This document shows positions 8,213-18,112 of a DNA stretch of 64,000 nucleotides, piece after piece; position 1 is the stretch's first letter, and every line of letters starts with the position of its first letter. Both the position numbers and the translations under genes were made by a program. Source of the DNA: an uncultured Bacillales bacterium (GTDB lineage Bacteria; Bacillota_I; Bacilli_A; RFN20; CAG-449); contig CAMPBT010000002.1 in assembly GCA_946641515.1 (NCBI GenBank), positions 129,471 to 193,470 on the forward strand, in the 5' to 3' direction. The notes below the pieces were generated by a model. It did not search any database and was not told the DNA's origin. It worked only from the letters and a program-made list of their open reading frames with translations.

Positions 8213-10072
8213 TTACTTAACTGGAACCTCTCTCATTTCGTAAGCTTCGACAATGTCGCCTTCTTTGATATCATTGAAGTTCTCAATAGTAAAGCCACAT
8301 TCAAATCCTTGTGCAACTTTTGCAGCATCGTCTTTAAATCTCTTTAAAGAACCAAGTTTACCAGTATAAGCAACTACACCATTTCTAATTAATCTAATTG
8401 ATGAATCTCTAGCAATATAACCTTCAGTAACCATTGCACCTGCAATAGTACCAACTTTAGATGCTTTGAATAAGGATCTGATTTCTGCTTGTCCAATGAC
8501 AACTTCTTCTTCCTTAGGTTTTACTAACCCCTTCATAGCAGCTTCAATTTCTTCAATTAAAGCATAGATAATTGTGTGTAATCTAATTTCAACTTTTTCT
8601 TCTTTTGCTTTTGCTCTAACTGCAGCATCAGGTCTAACGCTGAAACCATAAATTAAAGCATTTGAAGCACTTGCAAGGATAACGTCAGATAAAGTAATTG
8701 CACCAGGTGCAGATCTAATAATATTAATCTTAACGCCTTCAACATCAATCTTTTCAAGTGATGCCTTAACTGCTTCAACTGAACCTTGAACATCAGCTTT
8801 TAAGATAATGTTAATGCTCTTGAGTTCGCCTTCTTTAATCTTATTAGCAAGATCATCAAGAGACATAGCAGCAGTCTTGCTGAATTCTTTTTGTTTAACT
8901 GCTAATTGACGTTTTGTTGCAACGTCTTTTGCAACTTGTTCTTCAGCGAATGTCATGAAGTGATCACCTGCTTGAGGGACATCTTCAATACCTGTAACAA
9001 CAACTGGAGTTGATGGACCTGCTGATTTTAATTCTTGCTTATATTCATTAGTCATCTTTCTAACACGGCAGAAGTAGTTACCAATGACTACGAAGTCACC
9101 CTGTTTTAAAGTACCATTTTGAATAAGTAATGTAGCTTTTGGACCTTCAGCTTTATCAAGCTGAGCTTCAACAACTGCACCAACAGCATATCTCTTAGGG
9201 TTTGCTTTTAATTCTTTTAATTCTGCAACTGCAAGTACTGTTTCGAGTAAATCATCGATACCAATATTCTTCTTAGCAGAAATTTGTTTGAAGATGACGT
9301 CTCCGCCATATTCTTCTGGAATGACACCTTCTGCCATTAATTCTTCAGTAACCTTCTGAACGTTAGCAGTTGGTTTATCAATTTTGTTAATTGCAATAAT
9401 TAAAGTTACACCTGCAGCACGTGCGTGGTCGATAGCTTCTTTAGTTTGAGGCATAACACCATCATCTGCAGCAACAACAATAATTGCAATATCTGTTAAT
9501 TGAGCACCTCTAGCTCTCATAGCAGTAAATGCTTCGTGACCAGGAGTATCTAAGAAAGTAATCTTCTTTCCTTTAACTTCTTTTTGGTAAGCACCAATTG
9601 CTTGAGTAATTGCGCCAGCTTCGCCAGCAGCAACATTTGAGTTACGAATTGTATCAATTAATGTAGTTTTACCATGGTCAACGTGACCCATGACAACGAC
9701 TACTGGAGGTCTTTCTTCAAGATCTGCAGGATCATCAATGATTTCAATTTCTTCGAAGTTTTCAGCATCGACAATCTTTTCTTTCTTAAAGTCATAACCG
9801 TAGTTTAAACATAATTCACCGATAGTTTCATCATCGAGAGTTGAGTTTAATGTAACCATCATCTTCTTATTGAGGAATAAGTATTTGATGATATCAGATG
9901 CAGTTTGACCTAACTGTTTTGCAAGTTCGGTGACTGTAATTTCACCTGTGTAAGTGAAGACTCCACCGTTTACCTTATTTTCAGGCTGTTTAGACTTATG
10001 ATTAGGATCAAACTTTGGAGCGTTTGAAAGACGGGAGTTATTGCCTTTTTTATTTTTTAAGTTTTTTGCCAT
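8213..10072 (-). CDS. infB: Translation initiation factor IF-2
   Basis: G-domain motifs GHVDHGKTTL and DTPGH, and the C-terminal IF2 domains. Start set at MAKNLKNKKG. Confidence 0.92.
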   Translation of the reverse strand: MAKNLKNKKGNNSRLSNAPKFDPNHKSKQPENKVNGGVFTYTGEITVTELAKQLGQTASDIIKYLFLNKKMMVTLNSTLDDETIGELCLNYGYDFKKEKIVDAENFEEIEIIDDPADLEERPPVVVVMGHVDHGKTTLIDTIRNSNVAAGEAGAITQAIGAYQKEVKGKKITFLDTPGHEAFTAMRARGAQLTDIAIIVVAADDGVMPQTKEAIDHARAAGVTLIIAINKIDKPTANVQKVTEELMAEGVIPEEYGGDVIFKQISAKKNIGIDDLLETVLAVAELKELKANPKRYAVGAVVEAQLDKAEGPKATLLIQNGTLKQGDFVVIGNYFCRVRKMTNEYKQELKSAGPSTPVVVTGIEDVPQAGDHFMTFAEEQVAKDVATKRQLAVKQKEFSKTAAMSLDDLANKIKEGELKSINIILKADVQGSVEAVKASLEKIDVEGVKINIIRSAPGAITLSDVILASASNALIYGFSVRPDAAVRAKAKEEKVEIRLHTIIYALIEEIEAAMKGLVKPKEEEVVIGQAEIRSLFKASKVGTIAGAMVTEGYIARDSSIRLIRNGVVAYTGKLGSLKRFKDDAAKVAQGFECGFTIENFNDIKEGDIVEAYEMREVPVK

Positions 10073-10367
10073 TATTCTCATCCTCCTTTATTTCTTTGAC
10101 AATTGCTTGGGCCATATGACTATCAGTAAAACCAAATGCTGATATTTCACTTTTTCCTAAAAGCGACCCAAGTTCTTCTTTAGAACATACTTCTAGGAAT
10201 TTAATATTTAGATACGACAATTTATCTTCATACATTTTTTTTGATCGAGGTGAAGCATCCTTAGCAATAAGTACTAACTTTGCTTTCTTGTTAATGCAAC
10301 TCACTCCAAGAAGATATTTTCTTGACGCTAAAGAGAATCTAATGAATGTTTTAATTTTTTCTTGCAT
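10050..10367 (-). CDS. ylxQ: L7Ae-family RNA-binding protein YlxQ
   Basis: Small protein between ylxR and infB; KLVLIAKDASPRSKK...L7Ae-like pattern. Confidence 0.7.
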   Translation of the reverse strand: MQEKIKTFIRFSLASRKYLLGVSCINKKAKLVLIAKDASPRSKKMYEDKLSYLNIKFLEVCSKEELGSLLGKSEISAFGFTDSHMAQAIVKEIKEDENNGKKLKK

Positions 10368-10617
10368 TAGCTTCTTTAATCATCGCTTCAAATACCTGTT
10401 CAGGAATTTCAGCTTCTAATGCTTTCTCTAAAACTTTTTTCTGTTTAGCAAGATTAATTGCATCGACATCACACTTAATGTATGCACCGTGACCATTTGC
10501 TCTAGATGAGTAATCAAAAATTACATTACCTTCAGGTGTTTTAACAACACGGAGTAATTCTGCTTTTGGGCAAAGTTCTCCGGTTGCTAAACATTTTCTC
10601 ATTGGAATTTTTTTCAT
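10351..10617 (-). CDS. ylxR: YlxR/DUF448 RNA-binding protein
   Basis: MKKIPMRKCLATGE...RVVKTPEGNVIFD....GRGAYI-like motif, directly after nusA. Confidence 0.75.
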   Translation of the reverse strand: MKKIPMRKCLATGELCPKAELLRVVKTPEGNVIFDYSSRANGHGAYIKCDVDAINLAKQKKVLEKALEAEIPEQVFEAMIKEANARKN

Positions 10618-10625
10618 TTTAACGA

Positions 10626-12311
10626 CTAGTTCTCATCATAATATGAATCGTATTCGGAATAATCGATATCGTCATCATATTTGTTATCGTCGTAATCTTC
10701 TTCTGCTTCAATTTCTTCGAGTTCTTCATCAGAATAAATTGGCATTGTATTTTCTGCTGGTTTAACAACAGGTTTCTTTTCTTCTGGTTTTTCTTCAGCA
10801 GGTTTTTCTTCTGCTTTCTTGTAAGATTTCTTAGCTGGTTGAGAAGCTTTCTTCTTTTCTTGTTCAATTTGTTTTTCAAGTTCTGCTAAAGAAACAACTG
10901 GTTTAGAAGGTTCTTTGATTTCAACTTTAATATCTTCAAATTTTTCTTCTGCAACTGGTTCTTCAGTAGCAACTTCTTCAACTGGTTCGCTAGCTTCTTC
11001 TGGAAGAGGTGCAGCAGCATTAACTTCTGCTTCTACTTCATAATCATATTCTTCTTCATCAACACGTTCTGCTGCTTGAGCTTCATGAACTGCTTTAAGA
11101 TCTTCATATAATTTGAGGTTTTCTTCTTGTTCTTTTCTTGATTGTTCAAGTAAGTATTCTCTTCTCTTAGCGTTGATTAATTCTTCATCAATTGGCTTCA
11201 TTTCTGCTACTGTCATATATTCTAAACCTTGAGCAGCAGCTTGTTCTGAATCGATAACATTAATCTTCCAGCCAGTTAATTTAGATGCTAAGAAAACGTT
11301 AATACCACGTTTACCAATTGCAACTCTTAAATTTTCTTTATCTACAACTGCTGTAGCTTCTTTGTGTTCTGGTTCTTGACCATCTTCACATTTTGGTAAT
11401 GCTACACCGAGAACTTCACCTGGTTTTAATGCTTCTGCAATGTATAAGCCTGGGAATTCATGATATTCGATAACATCAATCTTTTCTTTACCTAATTGAC
11501 CTGTAACTTTAGAAATCTTTGTTCCTCCAGGGCCAATACATGAACCAACTGGATCAACGTTAGGATCAACTGAGATAACTGAAACTTTTGTTCTTTCACC
11601 TGCATTACGTGATGCATTCTTAACAACAACTGTTCCATCATAGATTTCGTGAATTTCTTCTTCCATTAATCTAACAACGAATTCAGGGTTAGAACGTGTA
11701 ATCTTTAATGTAGGTGCACCTTTATCAGATGAGATACCTTGTAAATAAACTTTGATTGTTTGACCTGTTTGGAATTGTTCATCACCAATCATTTGTTTAT
11801 TGAATAATGTACCTGTTGCTTTGTTATTGAAGTTAACGATTGTGAATTGTGGTTCAACTTTTTCAACTTCACCAACAAGGATTTCATCTTTTTTATCTTC
11901 GTATTGAGCTTGCATTAATGCTCTTTCAGCTTCTTTAATCTTTGAAGCGAATGTTTCACGAACATATTTGATTTCTTTTGGTGTGAATTCGTTTAAGTCT
12001 TGTTTTAATCTTAACTGATCACCAACTTTAAGACCTTTGCCTTCTTCATAATCTTCAAGTTCATCAACAGGAACCATTGTATTATCATTAAAATCTTCTG
12101 CTGAATCATCTGCGACTACATCTTTAAGAATGAATACTTCGATGTCACCTTTGACTAAATCAAGGTTTACTTCTACCATTGTGTCTTTGTATTCACCAGT
12201 CTTGAATGGTGCTGCAAATGATGCCTTTAAAGCTTCAATTGTAGTTTCTCTTGCAATACCTTTTGCTTCTAGGTCATCAATAGCGCCTAGTAACTGTTTA
12301 AAATCTACCAT
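10626..12311 (-). CDS. nusA: Transcription termination/antitermination factor NusA with a long acidic low-complexity C-terminal extension
   Basis: N-terminal domain, S1 and KH regions (GPGGTKISKV, IGKRGINV), then ~180 aa of an E/D/K/P-rich tail. Confidence 0.9.
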   Translation of the reverse strand: MVDFKQLLGAIDDLEAKGIARETTIEALKASFAAPFKTGEYKDTMVEVNLDLVKGDIEVFILKDVVADDSAEDFNDNTMVPVDELEDYEEGKGLKVGDQLRLKQDLNEFTPKEIKYVRETFASKIKEAERALMQAQYEDKKDEILVGEVEKVEPQFTIVNFNNKATGTLFNKQMIGDEQFQTGQTIKVYLQGISSDKGAPTLKITRSNPEFVVRLMEEEIHEIYDGTVVVKNASRNAGERTKVSVISVDPNVDPVGSCIGPGGTKISKVTGQLGKEKIDVIEYHEFPGLYIAEALKPGEVLGVALPKCEDGQEPEHKEATAVVDKENLRVAIGKRGINVFLASKLTGWKINVIDSEQAAAQGLEYMTVAEMKPIDEELINAKRREYLLEQSRKEQEENLKLYEDLKAVHEAQAAERVDEEEYDYEVEAEVNAAAPLPEEASEPVEEVATEEPVAEEKFEDIKVEIKEPSKPVVSLAELEKQIEQEKKKASQPAKKSYKKAEEKPAEEKPEEKKPVVKPAENTMPIYSDEELEEIEAEEDYDDNKYDDDIDYSEYDSYYDEN

Positions 12312-12320
12312 GTTTACCTC

Positions 12321-12794
12321 CTAAAATTTAACAGCTAGATTTGCTTTAGTAATATTTGATACAGGGATTTCAACCTTCTTAGTTCTTGTCTTTACCCTGT
12401 ACTGAAGAGTAATGGATGATTCATTAGCATCAATTAAATCTCCAGTGTAATCGTTCAAACCATCAATTGGATTTCTTAGTTTTACGAAGATGTATTTACC
12501 AACGTATTTAGGGAAAGTTGAGAAATCAGTGATTGGCTTTTCCGCTCCAGAAGTTGAAACGTCGAGAACGTAGTTTTCACTTATTAAATCAATTTCATCT
12601 AACTTAGCAGAAATTAAATCAGAAACCCTTACTACATCATCTAAGTTAGCGATGTCATCTTCTTTTTCGATGTAAACGACAAGATAATTTTCTCTACCTC
12701 TTCTTTCGAAATCAAAGCGATCAAGTAATAGGCCAGATTCTTTAACTACTGGTTCAATGTAAGATCTAACTTTTTGCAATAACTCTTTATCCAT
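12321..12794 (-). CDS. rimP: Ribosome maturation factor RimP
   Basis: MDKELLQKVRSYIEPVV...YLVVYIEKEDD; first gene of the nusA operon. Confidence 0.85.
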   Translation of the reverse strand: MDKELLQKVRSYIEPVVKESGLLLDRFDFERRGRENYLVVYIEKEDDIANLDDVVRVSDLISAKLDEIDLISENYVLDVSTSGAEKPITDFSTFPKYVGKYIFVKLRNPIDGLNDYTGDLIDANESSITLQYRVKTRTKKVEIPVSNITKANLAVKF

Positions 12795-13018
12795 ATGCCT
12801 CCTTCAAAAAGAAAAGTGAACCGATGGCTCACTTCGATAAATCAATGAGTTTTATATTAAACATAAGTTTAATACACCATCAAGATAACATTATTTTGCC
12901 ACTTTGACAATATAATTTGGTTAAAATAATTATCTTTGATGTTAATATTAAGAAAAAATCCTATAATTAAAGTAACAAATATATCTATATTTGGTTAAGT
13001 TTTATTGAGGTATCACTT

Positions 13019-14929
13019 ATGGCAAATTACGAAGATAACAAAATTGTCGATTACGAATCAAATACTTCTCTATACAAGATGGATGAAAAAAAAGATAAGA
13101 AACACATAGTAAAAGAAGTTTTATTTTGGGTCTTCTTCCCTATAGTATTCTTACTATTAAGTGCGATTCTTATTTTCTACATGGATTTAACAGATGGTCC
13201 ACTCATCTTCTTCATTTTAATGTTACTACTCTTAGTAACGCTTGCAGTACTTCGTATCATCTTTAGAAAAAAGAAATGGTATATCGGGGTTGCCACTTGG
13301 ATAGGATTTATTGTATTAAGCACTTTAATTCTAGATTTTTCTAAACCAGGTCTAGAATATAGACCTGCAGTATTAAATGCAAGTCCAGAAAAGACCGAAG
13401 TACTCTCTTTAAAAGATGGTAAAGTTCAAGGCGTTTATAACGAAGATAAATCAGTAATGGTATATGCTGGTATTCCATACGCTAAAGCACCTATTGGTGA
13501 CTTAAGATGGAAAGAGCCTCAAGATGTAGAGCCTTGGAATGATGTACTAGATTGTTCATATTTTAGAGCCAAATCAATGCAAAAAACATATGATTCAGTT
13601 ACTAATAATTTAGTAGATATATACGCTCAAAAATCATGGCATCCAAATTATTTAGAGCAAAAGATTGAAATCTCATCTGAAGATTCTCTCTACGTCAATA
13701 TTTGGAAACCTAATACAACTGAAACTAATTTACCTGTTCTTGTTTATATCCACGGAGGTTCATTAACTACCGGCTCTCCTTCATTTTATGCATATAATGG
13801 AGAAAATATGGCCAAAAACGGCATTATTCAAGTTAATATTTCTTATCGTCTTGGAGTATTTGGTTATCTAGCATTAGAAGAACTTCAAAATGAATCTCCT
13901 AACCATACTACTGGAAACTATGGATTACTCGATCAAATCAAAGCTCTTGAATGGATAAATGAAAATATCGAATCCTTTGGAGGAAATAAAAACAATATCA
14001 CTATTGCAGGTGAATCTGCAGGTTCTTCTTCAGTAAGCGCAATATGTGCTTCTCCACTTGCAAAAGGTTTATTCCAAAAAGCTATTGGAGAATCTTCTTC
14101 AGTAGTTCTTACTACTCCTCCACATACATTTAGAACATTAGAAAGTGCTAAAGCAGTAGGAAGATCCGTCTTAACTGAATTTAATTGTAAAAATGTCAGT
14201 GAATTACGTAAGATTTCCGCGGACGAATTAGTTAATACAAAATCCACTAACTCTTCAATGACAGTTGATGGTTATGCTCTTCCTAAAACACCATATCAAC
14301 TCTATTTAGATGGAGAAGCAAGTGATGTCCCATTATTAAATGGTTTTAACTCAATGGAAGCAGATGCATTCACTGTTCCAACATATTTATCTTCTGGTCA
14401 ACCAAATGTTTCTAACTCTAAAGCTAGATTAATTACAGTATTTAATGATGAAGATATCGTTAATAAAATGATGGCAACTCAGTCTTGGAATAACGACGAA
14501 GAAGCATTTAGATCATTTAACAATATTATTGCAACATACTGGTTTGCTCATCCTCATTATTCTTGGAGTAAAGCAATTAAAGAAAATTATTCTTCACCAG
14601 TCTACACATATTATTTTGATAAAGAAAATGGATATTATTCAGGCTACCATTCAGGTGAACTTCCATATGTATTTAATACATTAAGTCGTAATAAGAATTT
14701 AACTTTCGCATATGATGAATCTGATTACAATCTAGCAAAAACTATGAATTCAGCCTGGGCAGCATTCATTAAAACCGGTAACCCTTCAACTTCATCATTA
14801 ACTTGGGAAGAATGGGACAAAGACCAAACTAACGTTATGCATTTTGGTAGCACTGTTGAAATGATGAAAGATAAATATTCTGATTTATATAAAATCTTTG
14901 AAGAATATTATTCTAAAGCTTCAGTTTAA
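13019..14929 (+). CDS. Type-B carboxylesterase/lipase family protein with N-terminal multi-TM anchor
   Basis: Oxyanion-hole motif VLVYIHGGSLTTGS and nucleophile-elbow motif GESAGSSSV (GxSxG). About 110 N-terminal residues form 3 hydrophobic helices. RBS GAGG. Confidence 0.75.
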   Translation: MANYEDNKIVDYESNTSLYKMDEKKDKKHIVKEVLFWVFFPIVFLLLSAILIFYMDLTDGPLIFFILMLLLLVTLAVLRIIFRKKKWYIGVATWIGFIVLSTLILDFSKPGLEYRPAVLNASPEKTEVLSLKDGKVQGVYNEDKSVMVYAGIPYAKAPIGDLRWKEPQDVEPWNDVLDCSYFRAKSMQKTYDSVTNNLVDIYAQKSWHPNYLEQKIEISSEDSLYVNIWKPNTTETNLPVLVYIHGGSLTTGSPSFYAYNGENMAKNGIIQVNISYRLGVFGYLALEELQNESPNHTTGNYGLLDQIKALEWINENIESFGGNKNNITIAGESAGSSSVSAICASPLAKGLFQKAIGESSSVVLTTPPHTFRTLESAKAVGRSVLTEFNCKNVSELRKISADELVNTKSTNSSMTVDGYALPKTPYQLYLDGEASDVPLLNGFNSMEADAFTVPTYLSSGQPNVSNSKARLITVFNDEDIVNKMMATQSWNNDEEAFRSFNNIIATYWFAHPHYSWSKAIKENYSSPVYTYYFDKENGYYSGYHSGELPYVFNTLSRNKNLTFAYDESDYNLAKTMNSAWAAFIKTGNPSTSSLTWEEWDKDQTNVMHFGSTVEMMKDKYSDLYKIFEEYYSKASV

Positions 14930-16919
14930 TAGTTCCCTCTTCATCAGTTCTTCTATAAGGTAAATTTAATTTTTCTAAACGTACAACCACTTCTTTATTC
15001 GGGTGGTTGTATTTATTTTTTAAGCCACAAGAAATAATACTTATTTTTGGTTTATATGTATTTAATAATTCATATGAAGATGATGTAGATGAACCATGAT
15101 GTCCTAGTTTTAATATATCTACTTTTAATTTTGGATAGTCGTTAACTATCTTTTTTTCTATGCTCGTAGGTGCATCTCCCATTAACATAATCCCTTTATT
15201 ATTAATTGAAGTATATAAAACTAAGGAATAATCATTTTCTTCTTTCCACATTGATGAATAAGTATTTAGATTAAAGAATTTAATATCAGTAAATGATTTT
15301 ACTTTAAAATTATTTTCTTCAATTATTTCTCCTATATAAAAATGTTCTTTTAAAGATTCTAACGCTCCAAAATGGTCATAGTCATGATGAGTAATAAAGA
15401 CTGCATCCAGTTTATATATTCCGTTCTTCTTAAAATAAGGAATTAATGTTTCTAAGGCAAGATCTATAGAACTAACTCCTCCAGTATCAATTAGATATGA
15501 CTTACCTTTATTAACAATTAAGGTTGAATCACCTTGTCCTACATTAATAAAAGAAATATATGAGCTATATTTATTTTCTATCGGTAATAAAGAAATTAAT
15601 ATTAATGTAGTTAATCCTCCTAAAGAATATAAAGTCTTCTTTTTTCTTTTAGTTTCAATAAAATAAATACCTAAAAATAGGAATAAATAATATAAAATAA
15701 CAAGACCTATATTAAATCTAGAAGTATAGATTTTTATATTAACTTTATCAAAATTTACTAGTAAAAAATAAAAACCATTAGATAAGATTTTAAAGATTGG
15801 CCATAAAGGTATAAGAAGGCCAATTAAGCCTAAAATAAAAATTATTAAAATAAGAGGACTAATTACTAATGCAAAAGGTAATGACAATAAACAAAAATAA
15901 CCATTACTAATTAGTAACAAAGGAATGAAATATAAATTGATAATAACAATATAATAAAACTTTCTTTTATCAGTTCTAAAAGTTAAGGCTCCCTCTTTAG
16001 AATACATTAGTAGTAAATATAATGGTAAAGAATAATAAAAATTAATAGATGAAAAATAAGATGGAAATATTAATCCTATAAAAATATAAGTTATCCCTAG
16101 CAAATCTATTTTAGATAATTTATTTTTAAAAAAATTATAATTTATAAAAACTAATATTTTTAAGAGTACTAATTTAATTAATGACAATTTATAATTTGAA
16201 ATAATTAAAAAGAAAATACTAAAGAAAATACTCACTTTATTTATTGTCTTTTCTTTACATTTTATACCTACTATTTTTTCAATAATCTCAAGTAAGAAAT
16301 AAACGTGGAAAGATGATATTGACAAATAATAACTAAGCGAAGAAGAATATATTAAAGACGAATAATCTTTTGATGAAGATAAATTAAATAATAAAGTCGA
16401 TAGGATAGATTTAGTATTAGTATCATATAAACTTAAATTATTATTTATTAAATGTTTGATTCTAAATAACGATAAAAAATGTGGAGTAATTGATGCATTA
16501 TTAATCATCTTTTTTACTCCATATGTTTTTAAATATTCATTAAAATTAAACTGACTTTCGTAATAAGTAAATGCTGCTTTTTCAACTTTTCCATCCACAG
16601 TTAAAATATCAAATACTTCATAAGTATTTAACTCGTTATAAACATAATATCTGCCGCTTATAGTTTGAAGGATGAAATAGGAATTTTTAGAAACAATTAC
16701 CACTCCAAAATGTGAGTCATAACTTAAATAAATTAAAGTTAAAAGTTCTAAAGATAATCCAAGGATGAAGAATATGCATGATAATATTATACTTCTCTTT
16801 GTAGATTTACAAAAATAACTGAAAACAAAAAGCAAGACTATCCCTAGAACTTTTATATACCAATGGTTAAGAAAGCTGACTCCTAACCAAAAGTAAGCAA
16901 AGAATAATAAGAAATTCAT
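14913..16919 (-). CDS. comEC: DNA internalization competence protein ComEC/Rec2
   Basis: Polytopic membrane region plus C-terminal metallo-beta-lactamase domain (VGQGDSTLI, ITHHDYDHFGAL). Confidence 0.85.
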   Translation of the reverse strand: MNFLLFFAYFWLGVSFLNHWYIKVLGIVLLFVFSYFCKSTKRSIILSCIFFILGLSLELLTLIYLSYDSHFGVVIVSKNSYFILQTISGRYYVYNELNTYEVFDILTVDGKVEKAAFTYYESQFNFNEYLKTYGVKKMINNASITPHFLSLFRIKHLINNNLSLYDTNTKSILSTLLFNLSSSKDYSSLIYSSSLSYYLSISSFHVYFLLEIIEKIVGIKCKEKTINKVSIFFSIFFLIISNYKLSLIKLVLLKILVFINYNFFKNKLSKIDLLGITYIFIGLIFPSYFSSINFYYSLPLYLLLMYSKEGALTFRTDKRKFYYIVIINLYFIPLLLISNGYFCLLSLPFALVISPLILIIFILGLIGLLIPLWPIFKILSNGFYFLLVNFDKVNIKIYTSRFNIGLVILYYLFLFLGIYFIETKRKKKTLYSLGGLTTLILISLLPIENKYSSYISFINVGQGDSTLIVNKGKSYLIDTGGVSSIDLALETLIPYFKKNGIYKLDAVFITHHDYDHFGALESLKEHFYIGEIIEENNFKVKSFTDIKFFNLNTYSSMWKEENDYSLVLYTSINNKGIMLMGDAPTSIEKKIVNDYPKLKVDILKLGHHGSSTSSSYELLNTYKPKISIISCGLKNKYNHPNKEVVVRLEKLNLPYRRTDEEGTIKLKL

Positions 16920-17473
16920 TAATTAGACAAGATTATATAATCACGGATTTTTTCAAATGTTTTACTACCTATGCCTAATACATTTTGGATTTCTTCTAAC
17001 ACTTTAAATTCACCATTTGCTTCTCTATATGCAACAATTCTTTCCGCTAAAGTTTGAGACAAACCTGGAATTGAAGCAAGTTCATTTGCAGTTGCAGTAT
17101 TAATATTTACTTTAGTATCTGTATCATCAATAACACAACTTTGGGTATAACCACTTACTGCAGGAACATAAATAGTAATACTTTCATTTAAAACATAATC
17201 CTCATTCACACCTCTTTTATCTGCAGAAGAAGTAAGCCCTCCTGCTTTTTCAAGTGCATCAGATAATGTTTGTCCTGGTTCTAAAGTATATGTTCCTTCT
17301 TTAATTACTTGTCCTTTTAAAGTAACTGCAATACTACCTTCATCTAATGAAGTGATGTTAGGATCATCTGAGTCATATGATTTGTTAATTTTAGGGTCCA
17401 ATGTCATAAGTCCAGCGACCACAATGAACAAACCAACTATTCCTCCAATAATAACTTTTACAATTAATGCCAT
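16919..17473 (-). CDS. comEA: Competence protein ComEA (helix-hairpin-helix DNA receptor)
   Basis: N-terminal TM, SLBB-like region, and VNINTATANELASIPGLSQTLAERIVAYREANGEF HhH motif. Confidence 0.85.
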   Translation of the reverse strand: MALIVKVIIGGIVGLFIVVAGLMTLDPKINKSYDSDDPNITSLDEGSIAVTLKGQVIKEGTYTLEPGQTLSDALEKAGGLTSSADKRGVNEDYVLNESITIYVPAVSGYTQSCVIDDTDTKVNINTATANELASIPGLSQTLAERIVAYREANGEFKVLEEIQNVLGIGSKTFEKIRDYIILSN

Positions 17474-17533
17474 AAAAAAACCTCCCTTCTATTTAATCTA
17501 TTAGGGAGATTTTCTAAAAATACCAAAAATTTT

Positions 17534-18028
17534 TTATTTAATTTCTTCAGCTGTGACTTTAAGGATTGTTACTTCGTAAGGTCTAATAGCTTTAATTTGA
17601 ACTGTTTCACCAACCGCTTTACCTAAAATAGCTGCTGCTAAAGGTGATTCGTTTGAAATCTTGTGTGCGAGTGGATCTGTTTCAGTTGAACCAACAATCA
17701 TATAATGAGCATCTGATAACTTGCCACCTTTGTTAACTTTTAAGTAAACATAGTAACCATTTTTAACGATGTTTGATTCACCAGTTGCATCTTCAATGAA
17801 TTCAACATTGTTGATCATGTATAAGATTTCTTCAAGTCTCTTATTTAATTCAACTAATTTATGTTTGTTTGAAGTATAGTCAGCGTTTTCTGATAAGTCA
17901 CCATATGATTTAGCAACTTTAACAGCTTCGTCTGTTGCTGGAATTTCTACTTCTACTAATTGTTTCTTTTCTGCGAGTAATTCTTCATAACCTTTGTGTG
18001 TTAAGAAAACTTTTTCCTGTTTTGCCAT
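17534..18028 (-). CDS. greA: Transcription elongation factor GreA
   Basis: MAKQEKVFLTHKGYEEL...GDLSENADY...; correct size. RBS GGAGAA. Confidence 0.9.
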   Translation of the reverse strand: MAKQEKVFLTHKGYEELLAEKKQLVEVEIPATDEAVKVAKSYGDLSENADYTSNKHKLVELNKRLEEILYMINNVEFIEDATGESNIVKNGYYVYLKVNKGGKLSDAHYMIVGSTETDPLAHKISNESPLAAAILGKAVGETVQIKAIRPYEVTILKVTAEEIK

Positions 18029-18112
18029 AGATTATTCTCCTTCAATTTTGAACGCCCTTAATTATATCATAATTTTGTTTAAATACTAGATATTTGATTA
18101 ATTATTGTTTGT

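Noticed and set aside
10619-10879. 86-aa K-rich ORF
   Set aside because: Alternative frame inside the nusA acidic-tail coding region; an artefact of low-complexity sequence.
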